From Phycisphaerae bacterium (lineage in GTDB: Bacteria; Planctomycetota; Phycisphaerae; Phycisphaerales; SM1A02), in the NCBI GenBank assembly GCA_002711415.1, contig PARI01000036.1, forward strand, positions 42,870 through 106,869: a stretch of 64,000 nucleotides of DNA. Reading direction: 5' to 3'. Positions 56,184-64,000 of the stretch are shown in pieces; within the stretch, counting starts at the first letter, position 1, and each line of letters opens with the position of its first letter. Below the pieces are notes generated by a model. That model saw only the letters and a program-made list of their open reading frames with translations. It was not told the origin of the DNA and made no database searches. The position numbers and the translations under genes were made by a program.

Positions 56184-57890
56184 ATGCACCACGTGACTGA
56201 TCAGGCACACGGTGATCCCCCCCATGGCTCGGCCAGCCGCTGGTGGCTGCTGGTTCCGGCAACCATCGCGGGCGCATGTCTCGCTGGGGCACTGGTACCG
56301 GCCAGCACGTGGATCGACTTCTTCAGCCATGACCTGCGGGTGCAACGCAACGGCGGGGAGATCATCCAGGAAACCATCGAGGGCGTGAGGCTGTGGCGGC
56401 TCATGCTGGTGGGGCTGGCAGGCGGCATCATCATGGTCACGTGGTGGCTGGCATCGCTGGGGCGGACTCGTCAGGTTGTGGAACTGGAGCCGGTCCCACA
56501 ACCACGATGGCCATGGATCCCATGGATCCTGATGCTGCTTGGAGCCATGGTTCGAATCCAGCGAATCAATGAAAGTCTCTGGTACGACGAGATCAGTTCC
56601 CTGATTGATTTCTCGATCTTCGGCCCCGGGGCCAGCATGGGCAGCTACTTCACCCAGAGCAACCACGTGCTCAACTCGGTCCTCGTCTGGATGACGACCT
56701 CACTGACAGGCAGCTATGACGAATGGGTCATCCGACTTCCTGCACTCATCGCCGGCATCCTCTCGATCAAGGTGATCTACGAGTTCACCAGGCTGGCCCG
56801 TGGCGAGGACGCTGCGATCTTCGCGGGACTCCTGGCCTGCTTCGCACCGGTGATGATCCTGGAAAGCGTCGAGGCGAGAGGCTACTCGCTGGTGATCTTC
56901 TTCACGGCGGCGTCATGCTGGGCGTTCCTGTCGGCCCGGAGAAGCCGGGACTGGCGAACGTGGCTGCTCTACGCGATGTGCCTCTCGCTCGGAACCTGGG
57001 CGCACATGGTCGCCGCATGCGTCGGGATTGCACAGGGACTCTACGCGATGGTCCGGGTGCTTGATGCCAGGGACCGGGCTTGGTCGCTCCAGGCGATGAT
57101 GTCGATCGCCCTGGCCGGGATCGCCAGCGTGACGTTGTATGCCCCGCTGCTGCCAGACCTGCTGAGCATCCGGGAGACGTTCACGGCCAGCCAGTCGGTT
57201 CAGCCGACATTGATCGGAATGGAGGGTCTCATGACCCTGCTCCAAGTCGGGGGGAGTTGGACGGTGATGGCATCGATCATCCCGATCCTCGTCGTCATCG
57301 CCGGGTGCGTGGCCGGATCCGGAGACAGGACGGCCCGGATGGGGATACTCGTATCAGGGCTGTGCCTGCCGGTGGCGATCGTGTTGATCGTCCTTGGAGA
57401 CACGTGGGTGTACGCGAGGTTCCTGTTGATGGTGATGCCTGCCGTGTCGCTCTGCTTCGGCATCGGGATCCAGGCCATTGCCGGGACAAGCCGCACACTG
57501 GCGTACACGTGCCTCCTGCTCGCGTGCGGGGGCTGGGTGTATGTGTCGCTGACACTGCCACCGAAACAACCGCTGTACGACTCGATCGCGTACGTGCTGG
57601 AGGAGGATCCGGCCACCGGGCGGATCGCCACGATCGGACTACTGGACAACGTGTTCGGGTTCTACGTTCCGGACTCGATGCAGGTCGTCGAGACCGGCCT
57701 GCATGGGTCGGAACTGCAAGCGGCCCTGGAGAACGCCCCCGCTTCCTGGGTCATCGTGACGTACCCGGACTCGGTGGTCGAGGGTGGCTACGAGGTGCTC
57801 GAACAGATGGGATTCGTCCATGCCACCACGCTTCATGGCTGGGTCGACTGGGGCAATGGGAACATCATGATCTACCGACTGGACCGGTGA
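56184..57890 (+). CDS. GT39/ArnT-like (PMT_2) polytopic membrane glycosyltransferase
   Basis: About 12 TM segments. The first-loop motif INESLWYDEIS (DE/acidic loop) is typical of the GT-C mannosyl/arabinosyl transferases. Start uncertain (TTG 56151 or ATG 56184). Confidence 0.75.
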   Translation: MHHVTDQAHGDPPHGSASRWWLLVPATIAGACLAGALVPASTWIDFFSHDLRVQRNGGEIIQETIEGVRLWRLMLVGLAGGIIMVTWWLASLGRTRQVVELEPVPQPRWPWIPWILMLLGAMVRIQRINESLWYDEISSLIDFSIFGPGASMGSYFTQSNHVLNSVLVWMTTSLTGSYDEWVIRLPALIAGILSIKVIYEFTRLARGEDAAIFAGLLACFAPVMILESVEARGYSLVIFFTAASCWAFLSARRSRDWRTWLLYAMCLSLGTWAHMVAACVGIAQGLYAMVRVLDARDRAWSLQAMMSIALAGIASVTLYAPLLPDLLSIRETFTASQSVQPTLIGMEGLMTLLQVGGSWTVMASIIPILVVIAGCVAGSGDRTARMGILVSGLCLPVAIVLIVLGDTWVYARFLLMVMPAVSLCFGIGIQAIAGTSRTLAYTCLLLACGGWVYVSLTLPPKQPLYDSIAYVLEEDPATGRIATIGLLDNVFGFYVPDSMQVVETGLHGSELQAALENAPASWVIVTYPDSVVEGGYEVLEQMGFVHATTLHGWVDWGNGNIMIYRLDR

Positions 57891-57891
57891 C

Positions 57892-58224
57892 TCAGATCCG
57901 GGCCCGGATACGACTGTCAGCGTCCTTGATGTACCGACGTGGAAACGAGGCATCGAGGGTCGAAACCTCGGGCATCGAGCCTGGGTGCTCCAGGATAACG
58001 AGCATGACCGCCTCGGCGATTCTGCCGGGAGGAGTTGCACCGTCCGGAGAGAACATCGAGTAATCGGCCCAACTGAGATGGAGATCCCGACCCTGGAGCG
58101 TGCCATCGTCGTCGATCACCTGGATCCTGAAGATCCAGCCGCCATCGACTTCCTGCTCGTTGAGTATCTCGATCGGGGAGGGCATCTTGGTGCAATGGAG
58201 CATACCATGTGCATTCGACGGCAT
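57892..58224 (-). CDS. hypothetical small cytoplasmic protein
   Basis: The coding-like C-terminal ~97 aa reads MPSPIEILNEQEVDGGWIFRIQVIDDDGTLQGRDLHLSWADYSMF... Candidate starts are ATG 58224, 58203 or 58185. The longer ORF to 58470 would run antisense through the neighbouring gene start. Confidence 0.45.
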   Translation of the reverse strand: MPSNAHGMLHCTKMPSPIEILNEQEVDGGWIFRIQVIDDDGTLQGRDLHLSWADYSMFSPDGATPPGRIAEAVMLVILEHPGSMPEVSTLDASFPRRYIKDADSRIRARI

Positions 58225-58248
58225 GTGCCGGCCAAGAGGTGATCGAGA

Positions 58249-59580
58249 ATGATGACATTCCTGCTTGAAACCACCCGACTCGGGCTCAACAACCTGAAGC
58301 TCCACAAGCTCCGGTCGGTCCTGACCAGCCTCGGAATCATTCTTGGCGTCGCCGCGGTGATCGTGGTTGTCGCGATCGGCGAAGGTAACAAGCAGAGCGC
58401 TCTCAAGGACATCGCCGCACTTGGCGCGACCAACGTGATCCTGCGAAGCACGAAACCCCCCCAGGCACAAGGCGGATCACAGCAGCGATCACTCTTCGTC
58501 AAGTACGGTTTACAGGACAGGGATCTGCGCCGGATCATGGAGTCGGTCGGTGATGCCGAGGTGATCGTCCCACTGAAGGCCGTCGGTAGCGAGATCGCCC
58601 ATGGCCCGGTCCGTACGGTCAGCCAGGCGTTCGGCACGACACCCGAGCTGCTGGATGCCGCAAGACTTCAGGTCCAGCCACGCGGCCGGTACATCACGAT
58701 TCAGGACATGGAACAGATGCGACCGGTCGCCGTGATCGGCTCGGAGATCGCGAGGCAGCTGTACCCGATGCAGGACCCGATCGGTGCCGGACTCAAGATC
58801 GACAACCAGGTCTTTCGTGTCATCGGTGTACTCAAGGCAGTTGGACTCGCCGGTGGAACGGGCTCGGCACTCGTCGGACGTGACCTGAACAAGGACGTGC
58901 ACATCCCGCTGACAACGGCCCAGGCGCAGTTCGGAGACATGGTCATCAGGAGGGAGCCTGGTTCGGTCAGCGGTGGCGAGATGGAGATCTCGGAGATCTA
59001 CATCACCGCTCCCAGCACCGAAGCCGTGATCAACGTCTCCGATCGGATCCGTCGGATCATCGACATCGCCCACGAGAAGCAGAAGGATGTGGAGATCCTG
59101 GTGCCATGGGAACTGCTGGAGAAGGCCAAGCGGGAACTGCTTGTCTGGAACATCATGCTGGTGACCATCGCGGCCATCAGCCTGGTCGTCGGCGGGATCG
59201 GCATCATGAACATCATGCTCGCGTCGGTCACTGAGCGGACGCGGGAGATCGGCATCAGGCGGGCACTTGGGGCGACGAGGAAGCACATCATCTGGCAGTT
59301 CCTCGTGGAAACCGGATCGCTGGCGGCTCTTGGAGGGGTGGTGGGCATCATCCTGGGCGTGCTGGTCTCACTCGGAATGCATCCGCTCATGGACTTCCTG
59401 TCCAGCCTCCCGTACCTGAAGGACTCCTTCACGAGCAACTTCACGATGCAGCCGCGCATCACGGCCTGGTCGATACTCGTGTCGTTTCTGGTGGCCGCAT
59501 CGGTCGGAGTGGTCTTCGGGATCTATCCGGCGATCATGGCCTCGAAGAAGGACCCGATCGTCGCACTGCGACATGATTGA
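58249..59580 (+). CDS. MacB-type ABC transporter permease (MacB periplasmic core + FtsX domain)
   Basis: GAGGTGA lies 6 nt upstream. LKLHKLRSVLTSLGIILGVAAV TM1, a large periplasmic domain, and a C-terminal FtsX 3-TM bundle (REIGIRRALGA). Confidence 0.9.
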   Translation: MMTFLLETTRLGLNNLKLHKLRSVLTSLGIILGVAAVIVVVAIGEGNKQSALKDIAALGATNVILRSTKPPQAQGGSQQRSLFVKYGLQDRDLRRIMESVGDAEVIVPLKAVGSEIAHGPVRTVSQAFGTTPELLDAARLQVQPRGRYITIQDMEQMRPVAVIGSEIARQLYPMQDPIGAGLKIDNQVFRVIGVLKAVGLAGGTGSALVGRDLNKDVHIPLTTAQAQFGDMVIRREPGSVSGGEMEISEIYITAPSTEAVINVSDRIRRIIDIAHEKQKDVEILVPWELLEKAKRELLVWNIMLVTIAAISLVVGGIGIMNIMLASVTERTREIGIRRALGATRKHIIWQFLVETGSLAALGGVVGIILGVLVSLGMHPLMDFLSSLPYLKDSFTSNFTMQPRITAWSILVSFLVAASVGVVFGIYPAIMASKKDPIVALRHD

Positions 59581-59586
59581 TCGACC

Positions 59587-61155
59587 TCAGGCCGTATCCA
59601 TGAGCGGACGCAGGTTCTCGGTGTGGTACTTCATCGGCAGCTCGACGTAGAAGGTCGCGCCCCTGCTGGGTTCTGAAACCAGCGAGACGTGCGCCCCGAT
59701 CAACTCGGCCAGCTCACGGCAGATCGCCAACCCCAGGCCGGTGCCGGAATGCTCCCTGGTGTGGCTGGAGTCCACCTGCCGGAACTTCTCGAAGATCGAA
59801 TCCTGCATGTCGTATGGAATGCCGGGGCCTTTGTCGGTCACACCGATCCTGATCCCCTGCTCGTGATCCTGCCTCGTCACCCGCTCGACCGAGATGACGA
59901 CCCGACCTTCCTCCGGGCTGAACTTGATTGCGTTGGACAGGAAGTTGTAGAGGATCTGCTGGAGCTTCCCGGGATCGGTGTCGATCATCGGCAGGCCGCC
60001 GGGCACTCGATCGACGATCTCGATCCTGCGAGCCAGTGACAGTGGCCTCATCACCGCGATCAGTCCATCGACCAGGTCGGCCATCGATGTCGGCTCGATG
60101 GTGACCTCGACCCGTCCCGCCTCGATCTTGGCCATCTCCAGGAGCTCGTTGATCATGTCCAGAAGGGCTCGCCCGCTCTTGATGATGTTCTCGAGATACC
60201 GGAGCCGCTTGGGATCGGCGTTCTTGTCGGACTGGGCCGTCTCCGAGAGCAGCTCCGCGAAGCCGATGATCGAGTTCAAGGGCGTCTTGAGTTCATGGCT
60301 GACATTGGCGAGGAACTCGCTCTTGAGCCTGTTGGACTCGAACAGCCCGATGTTCGCCTCGGACAGTTCCATCACCTTCAGGTCCAGGGCCTCGTTGACG
60401 GCGGTCAGTCGCTGCTGGCTGTTGGTCAGTTCGTCAAGCATCTCGTCAAAGGCACGGGAAAGCTGCTCGAAGTCGTCCCCCGTCCGGATCATGGACCGGA
60501 TGTCGAGATTCCCCTTCTGAACCAGCTCCGTCGTCTCACGGAGACGACGGACCGGGGAGAGGATCAGCTTGGTGAGGATGAAGTTGAACAACAGGATCGC
60601 CAGGAGTCCGGCGAAGATTCCGGTGGCGAGGATGTACATCCTGCTGCGGAGGATCTGCCCGGCGGCGAACTGGCTGGTCCGATCGATCACGAGCACGGCT
60701 CGAAGGGGGTCGGAGATCGATGTGTCGATGACGTTGGGGACGAAGCTGATGAATCGCGGATCCTCCAGCAGCCTCCACTGCGATTCCCTGATCGCCCGGG
60801 CGTACCTGTAGAGAATCTCCCCGTCCAGTGATGCCTGGTCGAACAGCTCGACCTGGTCGGGATCCTCCTGGAACCGCTCGATGCTCTGGACGAGGAAGAG
60901 ATCCGGCTCGCTCTCCGGCATGATCTCGTCGATCATCACGACACGCATCGGGATCGGGATACCCTCGGATCGACCGAGCATGAACCCGTTCTCCATCCAT
61001 GTGTCGGCAAGCTGCCTGGAGACCTCCAACTGGTTCGACTTGACGACCTCGGCCGTGTGGAACCATGGGACGCTCAGGGCTCCGGCGAGGATCAACAGGA
61101 CCGCCGATCCGAAGATCAACTGGCACTTGTTGGCGAGTGACAGGCCACTGGACAT
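59587..61155 (-). CDS. sensor histidine kinase (2 TM, HAMP, HisKA, HATPase_c)
   Basis: HAMP (LSPVRRLRETTELV..). H-box FLANVSHELKTPLNSI. N, G1 (DKGPGIP) and G2 (GTGLGLAI) boxes. Confidence 0.9.
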   Translation of the reverse strand: MSSGLSLANKCQLIFGSAVLLILAGALSVPWFHTAEVVKSNQLEVSRQLADTWMENGFMLGRSEGIPIPMRVVMIDEIMPESEPDLFLVQSIERFQEDPDQVELFDQASLDGEILYRYARAIRESQWRLLEDPRFISFVPNVIDTSISDPLRAVLVIDRTSQFAAGQILRSRMYILATGIFAGLLAILLFNFILTKLILSPVRRLRETTELVQKGNLDIRSMIRTGDDFEQLSRAFDEMLDELTNSQQRLTAVNEALDLKVMELSEANIGLFESNRLKSEFLANVSHELKTPLNSIIGFAELLSETAQSDKNADPKRLRYLENIIKSGRALLDMINELLEMAKIEAGRVEVTIEPTSMADLVDGLIAVMRPLSLARRIEIVDRVPGGLPMIDTDPGKLQQILYNFLSNAIKFSPEEGRVVISVERVTRQDHEQGIRIGVTDKGPGIPYDMQDSIFEKFRQVDSSHTREHSGTGLGLAICRELAELIGAHVSLVSEPSRGATFYVELPMKYHTENLRPLMDTA

Positions 61156-61194
61156 GCATTGAGTCTAGCAGACGATCGACGTCGGCCAGATCGA

Positions 61195-61497
61195 TCAGGA
61201 GGTGCCCGGGGGAACCCAGTCGACCTGCTTGTCACGCTTGAATGCGGCGGCGGCGAGCTTGATGCACCGCCGGCAGATGATCGCCTCGGGATACGCCGGA
61301 CTCTGCCAGCACGGCCCCTCGCGATCCTCCAGGCACATCGTGCAGCGACCACCGTCGATGGGGCTGCCGTCACCGAGAACCTCCATGTAGGCGACCGAGA
61401 GGCACTTGCTGCAGATGATGCTTCCCTGGTGGCCCTCGATGACGGGGACGTCCTCTGTCCAGCTGGCGTGGCAGTAGTCACAGAGAACGTCCGACAT
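61195..61497 (-). CDS. protein with two ClpX-type C4 zinc ribbons
   Basis: Two copies of C-x2-C-x19-C-x2-C: CDYC..IICSKC and CTMC..IICRRC. The spacing and the hydrophobic-I-C-x2-C ending match the ClpX N-terminal ZBD. Confidence 0.6.
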   Translation of the reverse strand: MSDVLCDYCHASWTEDVPVIEGHQGSIICSKCLSVAYMEVLGDGSPIDGGRCTMCLEDREGPCWQSPAYPEAIICRRCIKLAAAAFKRDKQVDWVPPGTS

Positions 61498-61522
61498 ATG
61501 GACGTCGTTGGGATCGGTTCCT

Positions 61523-62191
61523 TCACGTCGCATCTGGTTTCTTCCGGAGTGTCATTGCGTGAAACGGACGGCCCTCCCGACGATACTTCCGCTCGAAGTT
61601 CGTCCCGATGATCTCCCCTTCCCCGGCCGATCCGGGTGGCTGGAACTCCAGCTTCATGAACAGACCGGATGCCGCGTCGACATGGTCGACGCACCAGTCC
61701 CAGAGCTGGTCGTGATCGGTGACGACATGGACGAGGCCACCTGGAACAAGCACCCTGTGGAACTGCACGAGCGATTCCGTCTGGATGACCCGTCGCTTGT
61801 GATGTCTGGACTTGGGCCAGGGATCCGAGAAGTAGAGATGGATCACGTCGACGATGCCGGCAGGACACCAGTAGCGGATGAACTCGCTGGCATCGTCGTG
61901 GAGGACCCGGACGTTTTCCAGGCCGTGTCGTCGCACGCGGTCGGCCGCATATCGCTGGAATTCACCGGTCCACTCGATGCCCAGGAAGTTGGTGCCCGGC
62001 TCGAGTGATGCCTGCTGTGCCAGGAAGGTGCCCTTGCCGGAACCGATCTCGATTTCAAGCCGGTGATCGGGGCGATTGAAGAGTGTCCGAGGATCGAAAT
62101 CGCCGGCATCATGCGGCGGCAGCTGCTCACGGGTGATGCCGTGTTCACCGGGATCCAGCTTCCTGCCATGTGAGAGACCGAAAGACATCAA
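61523..62191 (-). CDS. trmB: tRNA (guanine46-N7)-methyltransferase
   Basis: LEIEIGSGKGTFL SAM motif and YFSDPWPKSRHHKRR. Confidence 0.9.
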   Translation of the reverse strand: MMSFGLSHGRKLDPGEHGITREQLPPHDAGDFDPRTLFNRPDHRLEIEIGSGKGTFLAQQASLEPGTNFLGIEWTGEFQRYAADRVRRHGLENVRVLHDDASEFIRYWCPAGIVDVIHLYFSDPWPKSRHHKRRVIQTESLVQFHRVLVPGGLVHVVTDHDQLWDWCVDHVDAASGLFMKLEFQPPGSAGEGEIIGTNFERKYRREGRPFHAMTLRKKPDAT

Positions 62192-62194
62192 TGA

Positions 62195-64000
62195 CTACTC
62201 CCGACCGCTTTCGCTGTCCGAACCGTACAGCCCGTTGATCCAGCTGGTGATGTCCAGGAGGACCTGCTCGTCGATGGTCGTATCGATGGTCATGTACTCC
62301 TCGATTCCACCGGTCCTGGCAGGCTGGAACAGGTGGTTGAGCCCGTCATACCTGATCACGGTCAATGGTCCTTCGGCGTCCTTCATCGCCTTCTCGATCT
62401 CGGGCAGGTTCTGGTCGTGCCAGACCTGCAGGTCGAGGGTGCCGCTGATCGCCAGCACGGGGCATCGAAGAACACGGAGGACCGGTCTTGGATCATGGAT
62501 GAGAAACTCCAGCAGCCACGGGCTGGACAATGTCCCCATGGCGGTCTCCACCTTGGCCTGGATCTGGTCCTGGTCCATGGATTCCATGTCCGCCTCGGCC
62601 AACAGCTCGGACTGTCGAGTCGCCGAGACCAGTGCGGCTTCGCGCAGCGACTCCGGGGTGACGTCCGGTTCCAGCGCCAGTTCAAGCACGGAATCATTGC
62701 ACTCCACGATCGACTCGACGAGCGCCTCGTCCATCCCGGACGCCATCATCAGCAGTCGTGACTGGAGCTTGATCACGTCCAGGCCAGGAACACCGGGCCC
62801 GGCCATCAGAACACAGAACGCAACGGGCCGCCGGGTGGACATGCCATCCACCGATCCGGCAGCGACCATCGGCGCGATGAGACCGCCCTCGGAATGCCCG
62901 ATGATGCCCACGCGATCCGGATCAATGCCGGGCTGTGTCTGGAGAAACGCCGTAACCACGGCCGCATCGGTCGCGAGATCGCTCGAAGTCGCCGTATTGA
63001 AATCACCCGAGGAACTGCCGCAGCCCCGATCGTCGTAGCGGAGTGATGCGATGCCGTTGCGAGCGAGGTGATCGGCGATGACAAGGAAGGGCTTGTGACC
63101 AAGCAGTGTCTCATCTCGATCCTGCGGACCAGAGCCCGTGACAAGGACGACGGCGGGCCACCCGGAGACAGACGCAGGGTCACCCATCGGCATCGAGATC
63201 GTGCCAGCAAGCTGGTGCCCTTCGGGATGGTCGATCAGGACGTCCCTGGTTGGATAGGGATAGGGCCTTGAGGGCTCCTGTGGTCTGGAGAGTGCAGCCC
63301 CCCCTCCAGGATCGAAAGCGAGCTTGAGCGGCAGTTCCACCGGTCCCTGCCGGAACGTGCCCTCGAGCACATCACCATCAGCGGATCGCACCAGGTCCAG
63401 CACCACTGGAACCGGGGCGTCAAGGGTGAACTGGAAGGCGCCCTCTTGACCCTCCTTCACGGGCATGAAGACGTCGTCGATTCCCTGGAGTGGAATGTCG
63501 ATCGTGGAGACCCAGCCGTCGTTCCTGGGGGCCATGCAGACGCTGAACTGGAGTTCCACTCCGGCCGACAGCACGCCACCGTAGCAGCGGACGCCTGGAA
63601 GATCCGTGGGCAGTTGCGTCCGCTGGAACACCAGTGACGACTCCTCCGGAACACCACCGATGACCGTCGTGACCGTTCCCGTGAGCTGTTCGCCATCGTC
63701 CGAGAGCATCAGGTCGAACTGGATGGTCGAACTGTCCGTGTTGAGGCTGGCGACAAGGTGATCCCCCTCGAAGAAGACCATCTGGAAGGACTGGTCGATC
63801 ATGCCCTTGGTGACGGATGTCAAGGTGCCCGAGGGTTCATCGCCGACAACCACGTGAAGCACCACCTGGAAGGGGCGATCCTGATGGACGGTCGTGATCC
63901 AGTAACCACCGAAGCGATCATTGGAGTGATCGATTGGAGATGCCTCCTGGACCGGGACGGCGCCTGCTGCAGACAGTCCCAGAATCATGGACAGGATCTG
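62195..64000 (-). CDS. alpha/beta hydrolase with ~250-aa N-terminal beta-rich domain (5' end beyond window)
   Basis: Nucleophile elbow GIIGHSEGG. The frame remains open upstream of Met at 63988 (..QILSMILGLSAAGA looks like the middle of a signal peptide). Confidence 0.8.
   Translation of the reverse strand, partial: QILSMILGLSAAGAVPVQEASPIDHSNDRFGGYWITTVHQDRPFQVVLHVVVGDEPSGTLTSVTKGMIDQSFQMVFFEGDHLVASLNTDSSTIQFDLMLSDDGEQLTGTVTTVIGGVPEESSLVFQRTQLPTDLPGVRCYGGVLSAGVELQFSVCMAPRNDGWVSTIDIPLQGIDDVFMPVKEGQEGAFQFTLDAPVPVVLDLVRSADGDVLEGTFRQGPVELPLKLAFDPGGGAALSRPQEPSRPYPYPTRDVLIDHPEGHQLAGTISMPMGDPASVSGWPAVVLVTGSGPQDRDETLLGHKPFLVIADHLARNGIASLRYDDRGCGSSSGDFNTATSSDLATDAAVVTAFLQTQPGIDPDRVGIIGHSEGGLIAPMVAAGSVDGMSTRRPVAFCVLMAGPGVPGLDVIKLQSRLLMMASGMDEALVESIVECNDSVLELALEPDVTPESLREAALVSATRQSELLAEADMESMDQDQIQAKVETAMGTLSSPWLLEFLIHDPRPVLRVLRCPVLAISGTLDLQVWHDQNLPEIEKAMKDAEGPLTVIRYDGLNHLFQPARTGGIEEYMTIDTTIDEQVLLDITSWINGLYGSDSESGRE

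Overview
GC-rich, strongly GC3-biased bacterial chromosomal segment with about 55 protein genes and 2 tRNAs. I saw no rRNA, CRISPR array, transposase, integrase or recognisable defence genes. The gene content suggests a Planctomycetota/Phycisphaerae-like organism: DUF1080, an FGE plus a sulfotransferase, PEP-CTERM tails, GT39, and many secreted hydrolases ending in dockerin-like EF-hand pairs. That placement is inference only. Main modules, left to right: (1) a sulfur-trafficking divergon, with a rhodanese::cysteine desulfurase fusion facing an MBL/persulfide-dioxygenase-2x rhodanese gene plus a TauE sulfite exporter; (2) initiator tRNA, a cupin lipoprotein and a secreted esterase; (3) a CzcCBA-type heavy-metal RND efflux operon bracketed by two histidine-rich proteins; (4) secreted S8 proteases, gap, an SDR, an aldose epimerase, a ZntB/CorA-like channel, BtpA, a class IV aminotransferase, coaX, an MnmE-like GTPase and fabI; (5) a PDZ protein with a His/Met-rich tail, tRNA-Arg, a PEP-CTERM protein, a PAP2 phosphatase and a second S8 protease; (6) an FGE-family gene whose signal-peptide exon-like N-terminus is cut off by an in-frame TGA, a Wzx-type flippase and a secreted GH13 enzyme; (7) metH overlapping a truncated haemoglobin, an S41 peptidase and an ABC-2 exporter; (8) rpsA behind a ~625-bp non-coding gap; (9) an envelope cluster (large hypothetical, Gly/Phe-rich secretin-N-like protein, GT39), then an orphan MacB-type permease, an orphan histidine kinase, a double ClpX-type zinc-ribbon protein, trmB and a partial alpha/beta hydrolase. 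No single obviously new multi-gene system stands out. The most checkable oddities are the interrupted FGE, the shared dockerin-like tails on four unrelated exoenzymes, the His-rich accessories of the RND pump, a recurrent TA(T/G)(A/C)CT-GCC promoter-like motif implying leaderless mRNAs, and a stand-alone 53-codon PEP-CTERM tail ORF. All coordinates were hand-derived from the ORF track. Start codons are the least certain part.
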